Assembly (NCBI GenBank): GCA_050506795.1
Contig: JBJHCF010000004.1
Location: forward strand, 93,811 to 157,810
Reading direction: 5' to 3'
Source of the DNA: Opitutia bacterium
GTDB lineage: Bacteria; Verrucomicrobiota; Verrucomicrobiia; Opitutales; T3Sed10-336
Length of the DNA: 64,000 bases
Below are positions 41,493-51,213 of the stretch, one piece after another. Each line of letters opens with the position of its first letter. Position 1 is the first letter of the stretch. The notes under the pieces were generated by a model. It worked only from the letters and a program-made list of their open reading frames with translations. It was not told the origin of the DNA and made no database searches. Position numbers and translations under genes: made by a program.

Positions 41493-43220
41493 ATGATTCG
41501 AGATCGATTTATGACGGCACGAACAACAGATGTTTTTTCCGGAGGCGCAGTCAATGCATCGCCCGCCAACCTCCGTGGTTCTCACCGGCCTGAACTCGTC
41601 AAGGGCGTGTCTCCGTGTGAGCCCTCATCCCCAATAAAATCCCATTCCTGGAAACTCCTGATCGCCTGCTGGATCGTCTTTGCCCTTCCGGGGTTCCTCG
41701 GGGCGCAGGCCCAGCCGGAAACCGAGCGCGACACGCGGACTCCCGCCTCGCCGCCGTTGGGTTCCCCGGTGTTGCCGCTGCCCGAAAGCCGGCCGCTGCA
41801 GCCGCCGCCCGGCACCGATGAACCGTATTGGTCTGAAACCGTGCAACGGGCGCTGGCCAACGTGGACTCGCCCAACCCCGAAGTCCGCCGTTCCGCGGTC
41901 ATGCTGTTGGGCAAATACCCGGTGCCGCAGGCCGAGATGGCGGTGGTGCGGGCCTTGGAGGATGAAGAGGCGCTGGTCCGCCAGGCGGCCCTGGTGTCGC
42001 TCTTCGAAACCCAGCGCATCTACACCGGACAGACCGCGGTGCGCATCGGGCGCCGGGTGGGGGATCCGGATGTCGGCATCCGCCGGATCGCGTCCAACAT
42101 CCTGCCCATGGTGGTGCAGGGATTTCCGGTCACCATCCTGCCGCAGCACCGTCAGCCGGTGCGCGATATCCCGCCCGAACTGGAAGCGATCTTCCTGGAA
42201 GCCTTTCGCGATGACGACGCCACCGTGCGGCGCAATATGATTCGTCACTACCGGCAGCTCTACCTGCCGCTCCCCCGCGACCTGGTGTCGGAGCTGATTC
42301 GCGATTCCAACCGGGAGGTCGCCATCGAAGGCCTGGAAGTGGCCTCGCGGGAGTTTTCGCCCGATTTTATCGCTTCGCAGGCGCTCGACCTGGTGGATTA
42401 TCCGGACCGGATTTATCGTTTGACTTTGACCCGTTTGCTGAGCGACAGCCGGCACAGCGGAGCCCGGAGCGCTCTGGAGGTTCTGCGCCGGGACGAGGAT
42501 CCGGAGATCGCGCTGGAGGCCTTCCTCGGTTACTTCCGGCAGGACCCGTCCGCCCAAGCCTATCGGGCGTTGTGGAACGCCCTGGAAGAGCGGGGCGCTT
42601 CGCGGGACCTTTCGCGCCGGGCCATCGAAGCCACCATATTCCTCCAGGCCGAAGCCGAGGAGTTTCTGCGCCTGTGGATGGAGCACGAGGATCCGGCACT
42701 GCGCTACGAAGCCGCGCGGGTGTACTTCCCCCGCTTCCCCGAAAGCGTGCGCGATGAAGAAGTCATGACCCTGCTGCAGGACTCGTCGTCACAGACCCGC
42801 GGGGTCGCGCTGCAATTTCTTCGCCGTTTCCCGCAGCGCGTGTCGATCGCGTTGGCCGAGGAAACCGCCGAAAGCCGCTGGGCCGACGTGCGGGCCGGCA
42901 CGGTGGAATTGACCCGTTACATCGAACGCCGCACCGGGGAGGATATCCTGATGGAACTCCTGTTGGATCCCGATTCCGGGGTGCGGGCCGCCGTGCTGCG
43001 GGAGATGCCCGGAAGACGGATGGACGGCTGGGAGCAGATTCTCGGTCTGTCCCTGGGCGATCGGGACACCAACATACGCGATATCGCCCTCAGGGGTCTG
43101 ATGAGTCAGGTCACCTCCGGCACCCTGACCGAGTTGCAGAGCTTCATCGAAAGAAATCCGAGCACCCCTCTGCGCGCCGCCATTGAACAACACCTTGCCC
43201 GTCACAGCGGACGGCTGTGA
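41493..43220 (+). CDS. HEAT-repeat protein with signal/TM segment
   Basis: Repeats EVRRSAVMLL, LVRQAALVSL, TVRRNMI, GVRAAVL; hydrophobic segment ending AQA; start uncertain. Confidence 0.75.
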   Translation: MIRDRFMTARTTDVFSGGAVNASPANLRGSHRPELVKGVSPCEPSSPIKSHSWKLLIACWIVFALPGFLGAQAQPETERDTRTPASPPLGSPVLPLPESRPLQPPPGTDEPYWSETVQRALANVDSPNPEVRRSAVMLLGKYPVPQAEMAVVRALEDEEALVRQAALVSLFETQRIYTGQTAVRIGRRVGDPDVGIRRIASNILPMVVQGFPVTILPQHRQPVRDIPPELEAIFLEAFRDDDATVRRNMIRHYRQLYLPLPRDLVSELIRDSNREVAIEGLEVASREFSPDFIASQALDLVDYPDRIYRLTLTRLLSDSRHSGARSALEVLRRDEDPEIALEAFLGYFRQDPSAQAYRALWNALEERGASRDLSRRAIEATIFLQAEAEEFLRLWMEHEDPALRYEAARVYFPRFPESVRDEEVMTLLQDSSSQTRGVALQFLRRFPQRVSIALAEETAESRWADVRAGTVELTRYIERRTGEDILMELLLDPDSGVRAAVLREMPGRRMDGWEQILGLSLGDRDTNIRDIALRGLMSQVTSGTLTELQSFIERNPSTPLRAAIEQHLARHSGRL

Positions 43221-43257
43221 GATCTCCCCTTGTGCATGGGTTAAACCTGGATAGGAT

Positions 43258-44259
43258 ATGAGCATGACGCGTCTCTCGTTCGTACTGTTGATCAGCTTTC
43301 TTTTTCTGCTCCCCGGTGGATTCGGCGCCATTTCCCCGCCGAGGAACGCCGGTTCGCCGGAGGCGGGGGCGGTGCGGGTGGCGCAGTTGGTGGAAGGGAA
43401 TCCCTTGCGGCGCAATTTTCCGGCGGCGCTGCCGACTCTGATCCAGCACATAAACCAGGAGACCACGCTGCGGCTGCATCCCGACCCCATGATCATTGAG
43501 TCCTTCGAGGACGAACGCATTTTCACCACGCCGCTGATCTACGCCAACTACGGCGACCGGGTCGATTGGGATCTCAGTCCGCGGGAGAGGGAGAATCTGA
43601 AACGCTTTCTCGACCGCGGCGGTTTCCTGTACATCGACGCCGGCATCAATTCCGAGTTCCTGCGCGGTGATGTGAGTCACGGTCAGCACCACAGCTTTGC
43701 CGACTGGCAGGTCAGTCCCGTCCTGGAGGCGCTTTTCCGGGATCTGTATCCCGACACCTCGTTCCGGCGTCTGCCCCGGTCGCACCGCCTCTTTCGCAGC
43801 TTTTACTCCGGCCTGCCCCCGGTGGACGAACTCCCTGAAACCGTTCGGGATTACGTGGTGAACGAAAAGTGGCCCCAGGGAACCTATTCCTTCATGGGCT
43901 TGCGCGTCGACGACCGCATCGCGGTTCTGGCCTCACCCATCGTCGCCATGGGCTGGGGGAAAACCGAACGCGGCACCTGGTCCAATCGCATCTCCTTTCG
44001 CGTCCGCGAAAGCTCCGAGGGCCTGGAAGAACAACTCCGCGACGCCGCCTACCGCGGCGAACGCTTCGAAGCCGTCCGCGAAGACGGCCGCCAGGACGTC
44101 ATCTACTCCCAGGAACCCGCCAAACCCTCCTGGGTCAACGAACCCGACGGCACCTGGCGCATCTTCCGCTACTACCACAGCAGCGAAATCAGCGACTACG
44201 CCCACACCTTCTACACCCAACTCGGCGTCAACATCTTCGTCCACGCCCTCACGAATTGA
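43258..44259 (+). CDS. DUF4159 family protein
   Basis: Signal peptide; ERENLKRFLDRGGFLYID, RLPRSHRLFRSFY, terminal LGVNIFVHALTN. Confidence 0.78.
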   Translation: MSMTRLSFVLLISFLFLLPGGFGAISPPRNAGSPEAGAVRVAQLVEGNPLRRNFPAALPTLIQHINQETTLRLHPDPMIIESFEDERIFTTPLIYANYGDRVDWDLSPRERENLKRFLDRGGFLYIDAGINSEFLRGDVSHGQHHSFADWQVSPVLEALFRDLYPDTSFRRLPRSHRLFRSFYSGLPPVDELPETVRDYVVNEKWPQGTYSFMGLRVDDRIAVLASPIVAMGWGKTERGTWSNRISFRVRESSEGLEEQLRDAAYRGERFEAVREDGRQDVIYSQEPAKPSWVNEPDGTWRIFRYYHSSEISDYAHTFYTQLGVNIFVHALTN

Positions 44260-44262
44260 GGC

Positions 44263-44416
44263 AGGTGGGGCGAGGGACAAACCCGTAGCGCCGTGCTTAA
44301 GCCGGCGTTCCGAACCGCCCGCAATGAGGGGCGAGTCGGCGAGTCTGCGAATGGGCGAAAAGGCCAAGAACAGCGCTCTTCCGCCTCCCTGGAGGGCCAT
44401 GCTCCGCCATGGCCGC
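44263..44416 (+). repeat. Composite repeat element (GTAG REP + GGCGA units + GGAG REP)
   Basis: Imperfect inverted copy at 47824-48005; 44386-44416 is the exact reverse complement of 47824-47854. Confidence 0.75.
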
Positions 44417-44547
44417 ACCCAGAGCCTGAAGCCATCGCGTCACGCCCCTCGTCTCTCGCCCTTTTCGCCGTCTCCCCCTGATCGCCCCACCCCTCCGATT
44501 TTAGTTTGCCTGCGCGCGCGGAATCGTTTCCTGTGAATGCTTCCACA

Positions 44548-44629
44548 GCCCAGGTGGTGGAATTGGCAGACACGCCAGATTTAGGATCTGGTGCCGAGAG
44601 GTGTGTGGGTTCGAGTCCCACCCTGGGCA
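44548..44629 (+). tRNA. tRNA-Leu(TAG)
   Basis: GCCCAGG/CCTGGGC acceptor, CCAGA-TTTAGGA-TCTGG anticodon arm, long variable arm, GTTCGAGTC. Confidence 0.95.
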
Positions 44630-44654
44630 TTCCGCCCCCAAGCGACGGGGCGCG

Positions 44655-45200
44655 TTCCGCGCTGTTCTTGGTTTTTGGTTCCCGGCTCCGGGCTCTTTGG
44701 TATTCAAAAGAAGTGACGGGGCGAGGCTCGGCCGGAAGGAAGCGAGGGGCGAGGGACGTGGTAGATGGGGCGAACGGGCGAAAAAACCTCGAACCAAGAA
44801 CCAAGAACTAGCAAGATATTCTGGAGGGCAACGCTCCGCCGTTGCCGCCGGGTTGGGATAGGATCTCAATGACCGTTAGGTTTTATTTTAAGGGCTGACC
44901 GCGGTGTTCCCCCGGATTAAAACTCCAACCTGTCCACCGTAGCCTTGGCGAAGGAGGAAGACCAAGGCAATGTGAACCGCAGAATACACAAAATGCACGA
45001 AATAAAGGAATCCAGGAGGAGGATTTGACCACAGATTGCACGGAAGACACAGATTCAAAGGCGAGATTTCTTATCTGTGCCCATCGGTGATATCTGTGGT
45101 TGAAGATTGCTTCCTGTTTCTGAGCTCGGCGCCAAAGACCAAGATAAGAACAAACCACCCGCTCGCAGACTCGCTCAAGGCTGCGAAGGTCGCGAAGAAG
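44655..45200. repeat. Mosaic of short repeat families
   Basis: AACCAAG-type heptamers in both orientations, GGAG REP 44822-44846, palindrome 44930-44960, inverted ACCACAGAT pair 45028-45100. Confidence 0.65.
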
Positions 45201-45218
45201 AACCCCAGAAATCCCAAG

Positions 45219-45989
45219 ATGCCGATCAAACGAAAAACAACCAATCACCGAATGCTTGCTATCGGCTTATTGCTGTGCGGCCTGTGGAGGACTTTAGGAG
45301 CGGCCGACCTGCAGGAGATTCGTTTTCCGGAGTTCGATGTGCCGGGCACGGACCTCATCGGGGTAGGAGCGTACTATCAGAAAGACGGAGTGACCGTTTC
45401 GGCCATTACCGGATATCTTACCTACCTGCAGTCGGACCACTCGAATGCGGGCGCGGAGCCGGCGATTTTCAACAATCAATCGATTTCCGACACCGGTATT
45501 TCGCGGACGAACAGCGGGTTGTTCGATTTGGTGAATCTGGAGGTTCATCCACTTGGAGGAAACCATCAGTCCACCGTACTGTTCCGGGGACGGCTTCCCG
45601 ACCAAGGAATTATCGCCGAGGAGGTCGCTGTCGATCTGAGCGAGGGACCGCAAACGCTTGTGTTCGAGGAAATGAAGGGCGTCACCGAAGTCTACTGGCG
45701 TCTTCAATCCGGGGGAATGCAGTACGCGTCGATCACGATCCGTCCGATTGGCGAAAGCTCCCCGGCGGAAAAGCTGAGCATGTATATGGGAAACCCGAAT
45801 TTTACCGGGATCGTGGGTTCGCATCTGCGGGTGGGGCAGCGATATCGGGTTGAATATTCCGATGATTTGCTTCAATGGGACGAGTTCGAAACCTGGACCG
45901 CGCTCAGGACACTGGAACATCTGGGATGGCGAAACACCGGAGATATTCTTCATCCCCAACGCTTTTTCCGTTTGGTATCCGTCCAGTAG
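45219..45989 (+). CDS. Hypothetical secreted protein
   Basis: Signal-like MLAIGLLLCGLW; C-terminal YRVEYSDDLLQW...FFRLVSVQ; start 45219 or 45252. Confidence 0.65.
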   Translation: MPIKRKTTNHRMLAIGLLLCGLWRTLGAADLQEIRFPEFDVPGTDLIGVGAYYQKDGVTVSAITGYLTYLQSDHSNAGAEPAIFNNQSISDTGISRTNSGLFDLVNLEVHPLGGNHQSTVLFRGRLPDQGIIAEEVAVDLSEGPQTLVFEEMKGVTEVYWRLQSGGMQYASITIRPIGESSPAEKLSMYMGNPNFTGIVGSHLRVGQRYRVEYSDDLLQWDEFETWTALRTLEHLGWRNTGDILHPQRFFRLVSVQ

Positions 45990-46405
45990 GTGCGGCATAA
46001 TAAGCAAGGAAGATGAAATCCCGATTCACTGGTAAAGGCGGAAGCCCGAGCAGATCCAACAAAGGAATTCGTAAAAACCCGGAACCGGGAAGAACCAACC
46101 ACTCGCTGCGCTAGCCCAGTGCGGCAGCACGGAGATGGTGAGCGATAGCGAGTCCCGAAGGGAGCCTTCTCATGGGTGCCCTCCGGGCAATGAAAAGGAC
46201 AAAACACGGAGATCACGGAGAGAGGCAGGGGATGAGCGGGGGGGCGCCCTGTCCGGTTTTCCCGAAGTCGGCTCCATCGATTTGCGTTTTTCGATTCTTT
46301 GTTTATTCTGGGAAGAACGGGTTTCGGCGCGGCTTCATGGCGTCACGACCCCTTGAGCCGTCTAACCCTTGCATCCTAACAGGTAAAAACCATCGGAGAA
46401 ACGCC

Positions 46406-47770
46406 ATGAAACGTATCCTGGTCATCGTCCCCTTCGCCGCCTTTATCGCGTTTTCGCCGGTTTCAGCCCAAAATGAAACCCCATTCAGTCAAGCCGAGCT
46501 CGATCAGATGCTCGCGCCTATAGCGCTCTATTCCGACCCACTGCTGGCGCAAATCCTGATCGCTTCCACTTATCCGCTCGAAGTTGTGGAAGCGGCGCGA
46601 TGGTTGGCTCAGCGTTCTCACCTTCAAGGCGAAGCCGCCGTTGCCGCGGCGGCGGACCAAGACTGGGATCCGAGCGTCAAGGCGCTCCTGGCGTTTCCCC
46701 GGATTCTAGCTCACATGAACGAGGACCTCTCCTGGACTCGCAACCTGGGCGAGGCGTTTCTCGTGCAGCCGTTGGATGTCATGGAAACCATCCAGGACTT
46801 GCGCGCGGTGGCCCATGACGGCGGTTACCTGCAAACTTCCAACGAGATCCGCGTCATTCGCGAGCGCGATATTTTTATCATAGAACCCGCCCAGGCGGGC
46901 GTCTTGTACATTCCTTATTATAATCCTCACGTCGTGTTTGGCAGGTGGATATGGCCGACACATCCGCCGGTCGTTTGGGCGCCGCCCTCCCATCAATTCG
47001 TGGGCACACGGATCATCTGGGTCGGTGGCATTCGCGTGACCTCCGGGCTCTTCGTCACCGACTGGAGCTGGCACCGGCGCCAAGTGGTGATTGTGAATAA
47101 CCACCACCACCATCACCATCATACGGTGGTTCACAACACGGTGGTGATACACCGTCCGCCGGAGCGGATCCGGGATCTCGATGAGGCCCCGCCGTGGCGT
47201 CACGATCCCTATCATCGACGGGGGGTGCGTTACCGGAACGAGTCCCTGGAACGCGAATACGGGCGCACCGGGACCGAATCCGCCCGCGATCGGGCGGAAC
47301 AAATCCGTCGACAGATTGAAGAGACGCGCGAACGTGGCTCTGGCCGTGATCGGGATGGCACCGCGAACGAGAATCCCTGGGACGATCGGCGCGGGGGATC
47401 CGAAACCGGCGGCCGGGGGGATGTCAATTCCGAGCGCCTCCGAGACCGCGATACCACGCGATCAACCGATACTTCACTAGGCCGCGGCAACCGTCCCACG
47501 GTTTCCGTACCCGAACAGGACAATTCTTCGGTCCAACGTCCAACGACGCCGCCGGACCGGCCCGATGCCGGGAGGCGGGACCGCGAAAGCGGAACCGAAG
47601 CGCAAAACAATCAGCGGGAAAGCCGCCCGGCCATCGTCCGTTCGCGAACCACCGAATCGGCGTCCCCGGAACGCGGTAACACAGTTGTCGATCGCCTGCG
47701 ATCCCGTGGCGAACCCGCCGAAGATCCGCGCCGCAGCGATGCCACCGTGCTCCAAAGAGGGCGCCGCTGA
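46406..47770 (+). CDS. DUF3300 domain protein with His7 tract and disordered tail
   Basis: GGAGA RBS, signal peptide, ELDQMLAPIALYSDPLLAQILIASTYPLEVVEAARW, WDPSVKAL, IPYYNP. Confidence 0.85.
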   Translation: MKRILVIVPFAAFIAFSPVSAQNETPFSQAELDQMLAPIALYSDPLLAQILIASTYPLEVVEAARWLAQRSHLQGEAAVAAAADQDWDPSVKALLAFPRILAHMNEDLSWTRNLGEAFLVQPLDVMETIQDLRAVAHDGGYLQTSNEIRVIRERDIFIIEPAQAGVLYIPYYNPHVVFGRWIWPTHPPVVWAPPSHQFVGTRIIWVGGIRVTSGLFVTDWSWHRRQVVIVNNHHHHHHHTVVHNTVVIHRPPERIRDLDEAPPWRHDPYHRRGVRYRNESLEREYGRTGTESARDRAEQIRRQIEETRERGSGRDRDGTANENPWDDRRGGSETGGRGDVNSERLRDRDTTRSTDTSLGRGNRPTVSVPEQDNSSVQRPTTPPDRPDAGRRDRESGTEAQNNQRESRPAIVRSRTTESASPERGNTVVDRLRSRGEPAEDPRRSDATVLQRGRR

Positions 47771-47784
47771 GTAGGGTTCTTCCC

Positions 47785-48005
47785 TGGAGGGCGGCGCTCC
47801 CGCGCCGCCGGCAAGATGCCCGCGCGGCCATGGCGGAGCATGGCCCTCCAGGGAAGCGGCGGAGCCGCTGTTCCTGGTTTGTAGTTCTTGTTCTTTGTTT
47901 CAGTGTTTCAACTTTTCGCCTCTCGCCTCCCTCGCCTCGCTGTTTGCGGTCGGTTCCAAGAGCCGGCTAAAGCACGGCCCTACGGGATTTGCCCTCGTCC
48001 CACCT
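47785..48005 (-). repeat. REP pair plus inverted copy of the 44263-44416 element
   Basis: GGAG REPs at 47785-47809 (+) and 47826-47850 (-); terminal segment mirrors 44263-44320. Confidence 0.75.
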
Positions 48006-48095
48006 TTTTGCCGAAAATCAATTCCCGTGGAATTTGGTTTGCTTGCGGGCGTTGAATGGTTTGCTTTGAGGGTTTCCGAATTGCGATCTGTCACG

Positions 48096-48221
48096 ATGAA
48101 ACCAAAAACCCGTCGATCCTCGAAAAAGAAAAAAGACGAAAAGGTGCCGGTCCTGTTCATCAGTATCCTGGTGGCGGTGATCGTTATCTTTCTGGTAATC
48201 GCCATCGTGGTTAATCTTTGA
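48096..48221 (+). CDS. 41-aa single-pass membrane protein
   Basis: MKPKTRRSSKKKKDEKVPVLFISILVAVIVIFLVIAIVVNL. Confidence 0.55.
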   Translation: MKPKTRRSSKKKKDEKVPVLFISILVAVIVIFLVIAIVVNL

Positions 48222-48292
48222 CCGGGCTTCATTTTCCGGTGAATTCCGATGGACAGCCGCTTGCCGGGCGGTGATGTTGCTTTGATCGCAGT

Positions 48293-48460
48293 ATGAAAAA
48301 CAAGACCGCTCTCGCAAAAAACAGCATCGCCTTGTGCGCCCTGGCCCTGGTGTTCGCCGCCGCCGGATTACTGCACCGTTTCGGCAGTCCGGACCTGCCG
48401 CAGCCGGGGGAGGTTTCGGTGGATGCCGAGGGTGGTTCTCAATCGGGCGCGGAGGATTGA
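48293..48460 (+). CDS. 55-aa signal/anchor-bearing small protein
   Basis: Manual translation MKNKTALAKNSIALCALALVFAAAGLLHRFGSPDLPQPGEVSVDAEGGSQSGAED; below ORF-track cutoff. Confidence 0.45.
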   Translation: MKNKTALAKNSIALCALALVFAAAGLLHRFGSPDLPQPGEVSVDAEGGSQSGAED

Positions 48461-48499
48461 TTCTTTGGATTCGATTTCTCAAACGATGTATCGCATCGG

Positions 48500-49987
48500 C
48501 TAGCGGGTGCTGAGTTTGCGGCGCTGTCGTTTACACTCGAAAAGCCCGCGGTCTTTAATGATCTCGGCCACCTCCGGCGGCACCATCTTTTCCCAGCTCT
48601 TGTCTCCAGTTTGGATGCGTTGGAGCACATCGCGGGAGAAGATGTGGGACAGGCTTTCGTCGAATCCGGTGACGGGTTCGAGGTATCCGTTTTCGGTCAG
48701 GTGGCGATAGAGATGCCGGAGTTTTTGGGGAACGTGGAGGTTCTCGGTTGTGATGAGGTCTTCTCCCGCCGCCTTGGCGCCTTCCAGAACAGAGGGGTTT
48801 CCGGTGCGGTTGCCGTAGTGCTCCAGCCCCTCGCGGCGTATCGGGTAAACGTAAAGTTTGACGGTGTTCTTGAACAGGCGGCCGAATGACTCGAGGATGC
48901 CGCCCTCGAGGTGTTCGTAATACTTCTCGTTGAAAATTTCCACCAGGTTGTTGATCCCGATGACCGATCCGATCATGGCTTTGGTGTAGCGGCGGAAATA
49001 GGCGGCCAGGCGATAGTGTTCCGGGTAGTTGGAAACCATGACCGGGTAGCCGAGGAAGCTCAGGATGTCGACCCTGGCCAGGAAATCGTCGTGGTCCACT
49101 TCGCCGGAGGCCAGCAGGTTGTTCATGGTGAGCTCCATCAGCACCTGGATGTCGATTCCAGCGACCGTGGGTTCGGCGGTGAACTGGCGCAGGCCGCACT
49201 CGAGCATGTCTACGTTGACCCGGGTTATCGGGCGAAAACTGCCGCGTTGGACAAAAACCGCCTTCTTGTAGAGGATTTCGGAAGGTTGCAGCACGTCGCT
49301 GTCTCGTCCGAACATGACCGCATTGGTCATGCCGTACTGCACCAGTTGCAGGCTCATCAGGCGATTGTCGGCGTAGCGGAAATCCGGTCCGCTGAACTTG
49401 ATCATGTCGATCTCGAACCGGTCTTTATGCAGGTTGTCGCCCAGGGACTCGATCAGTGAGGCCGGATTGTCACGGTAATAAAAGGCCCCGTAGATCAGGT
49501 TGACCCCGATCACGCCCAGGGTTTGTTGCTGGTTGACGTTTTCCTTATCCAGGAGGTGACAGTGGAGAATGATGTCATGGGGTTCGCCCCCGGGTTGAAA
49601 TTGAAACCGGATTCCCAGCCAGCCGTAGCCGTCGTTTTCGTTGCGGTAGCTCCGCGCCACCACGGTGTCGGCGAAGGCGAAGAATGTCGATTCGGCGCCG
49701 CGGGCCTCGCGCAACCGTTCCAACAGGAGGTTGTACTCGTGGGCCAGCATGGTGGTGAGTCGCTCGCGGGAAACGTAGCGCTGGCTGCGGCCGTAGATCT
49801 CGTCGCTGAACTTCATATCGTAGGCCGAGATCGATTTGGCGATGGTTCCCGCGGCGCCGCCGGCGCGAAAAAAATGCCGGGCGACTTCCTGGCCGGCCCC
49901 GATTTCCGCGAAGGTTCCGTATTTGGCGGGGTCGAGATTGACCGTGAGCGCCTTGCGGTTCGTGGTGAGCATTCCCGTATCCGTCAT
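48500..49987 (-). CDS. Nucleotidyltransferase-like protein (nicotinate-nucleotide adenylyltransferase-like)
   Basis: YGTFAEIGAGQEVAR..AGGAAGTIAKSISAYDM; QRGSFRPITRVN; SRDVLQRI..W..MVPPEVAEII; no TM. Confidence 0.65.
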   Translation of the reverse strand: MTDTGMLTTNRKALTVNLDPAKYGTFAEIGAGQEVARHFFRAGGAAGTIAKSISAYDMKFSDEIYGRSQRYVSRERLTTMLAHEYNLLLERLREARGAESTFFAFADTVVARSYRNENDGYGWLGIRFQFQPGGEPHDIILHCHLLDKENVNQQQTLGVIGVNLIYGAFYYRDNPASLIESLGDNLHKDRFEIDMIKFSGPDFRYADNRLMSLQLVQYGMTNAVMFGRDSDVLQPSEILYKKAVFVQRGSFRPITRVNVDMLECGLRQFTAEPTVAGIDIQVLMELTMNNLLASGEVDHDDFLARVDILSFLGYPVMVSNYPEHYRLAAYFRRYTKAMIGSVIGINNLVEIFNEKYYEHLEGGILESFGRLFKNTVKLYVYPIRREGLEHYGNRTGNPSVLEGAKAAGEDLITTENLHVPQKLRHLYRHLTENGYLEPVTGFDESLSHIFSRDVLQRIQTGDKSWEKMVPPEVAEIIKDRGLFECKRQRRKLSTR

Positions 49988-50033
49988 TCCGGAAAACAAA
50001 CAGGGGCCGGGGGAATTGTCGCCACAAAATGAT

Positions 50034-51119
50034 TCAGGCGTCGATGGTTTCGTAAACGCCGCCGCCCAGCAGGAGGTCGCCGCGGTAAAGGGCCAGGATC
50101 TGACCGGCGGCAAGGGCGCGCTGGGGTTGGGCGAACCGCACTTCGGCGCGGCCTTCGCCGAGGGGCGTGAAAGCGATTTCCTGCGCCGGATCCAGGTAGC
50201 GGGGGCGCGCTTCGAGTTTTGTCGGGTCGATGATGGGAATGCCGGTGAAGGAGAGTCCGCGCACCACCACGCGACTGGAGTAAAGGCCGGGTGAATCCGG
50301 GCGGTCGAAAGCCACCACCAGACGGTTGTTTTCCTGCTCCTTGCCGACCACCACAAAAAAGGCGTTGTCGGTGTTGGAGGGAATTCCGATTCCGCGGCGC
50401 TGCCCGATGGTGTAAAGGTGCAGACCACGGTGCCGGCCCAGGACGCGACCCTGGGTATCGACGATATCGCCCGGATTGTCGGGCAGATAGTGGGTCAGAA
50501 AATCGCGCATACGAATGTTGCCGATAAAACAAATGCCCTGACTGTCCTTCTTGGCGGCGTTGGGAAGGCCCTCCTGGCGCGCGATGCGACGTACCTCCGG
50601 CTTGGTCAGGTGACCGATGGGGAATACCGCCCGGGCGATCTGGTCCGGGCGCATCATGGCGAGAAAGTAGGACTGGTCCTTCTTTTCGTCCTTTCCCCGC
50701 AACAGGACCGGCCGGCCTTCGGGATCGGTTTCGCGCCGGGCGTAGTGGCCGGTGGCGACGGCGTCGAATCCTTCCGCGAGGGCGTAGTCGAGGAACACGC
50801 CGAACTTGATCTCGCGGTTGCACATCACGTCGGGATTCGGGGTGATTCCGTGACGGTAACCTTCCAGCAGGTAATCGACGATGCGCGCGCGATAGTCCTC
50901 CATCAGGTTGACCACCCGGAAGGGAATGTCCAGGGCCTCGGCCACCGCCCGGGCGTCCTCGATGTCCTGTTGCCAGGGACAGTCGCCCCGGATCTGCTCT
51001 TCGTCGTTGATCCAGTTCTTCATGTAGGCCCCTTCGACCGGAACCCCTTGGCGCCGCAGCAGGAGCGCCGCCACGGCGCTGTCCACTCCGCCGGACATCG
51101 CGATGAGAACTTTTTTCAT
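50034..51119 (-). CDS. mnmA: tRNA 2-thiouridylase MnmA
   Basis: [47 protein letters not shown]. Confidence 0.96.
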   Translation of the reverse strand: MKKVLIAMSGGVDSAVAALLLRRQGVPVEGAYMKNWINDEEQIRGDCPWQQDIEDARAVAEALDIPFRVVNLMEDYRARIVDYLLEGYRHGITPNPDVMCNREIKFGVFLDYALAEGFDAVATGHYARRETDPEGRPVLLRGKDEKKDQSYFLAMMRPDQIARAVFPIGHLTKPEVRRIARQEGLPNAAKKDSQGICFIGNIRMRDFLTHYLPDNPGDIVDTQGRVLGRHRGLHLYTIGQRRGIGIPSNTDNAFFVVVGKEQENNRLVVAFDRPDSPGLYSSRVVVRGLSFTGIPIIDPTKLEARPRYLDPAQEIAFTPLGEGRAEVRFAQPQRALAAGQILALYRGDLLLGGGVYETIDA

Positions 51120-51213
51120 GCCAGTCAAACGTGATAAACGGTCCAACCTGCCTCCGTTTGCCGCCGGATTCAACCGGAAAGCGAGAAGCGGTTGTCCTTC
51201 ATCGTTCGAACGA

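Noticed and set aside
41493..41640. In-frame REP insertion in the HEAT gene leader
   Set aside because: Only weak resemblance to the REP consensus; a later start codon explains the long leader equally well
44211..45248. ORF-track proteins across tRNA-Leu and the repeats
   Set aside because: They overlap the tRNA and repeat mosaic and are translations of low-complexity repeats
46085..46200. Integron attC site or riboswitch after the 45219 gene
   Set aside because: No matching GTTRRRY end or long hairpin found, no integrase, no recognisable aptamer
44548..48005. Integrase-type island at tRNA-Leu
   Set aside because: No duplicated tRNA-Leu 3' end and no integrase found
49988..50428. 147-aa N-terminal extension of the 642-aa ORF
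   Set aside because: Overlaps mnmA in another frame; the family-like sequence starts at ATG 49987
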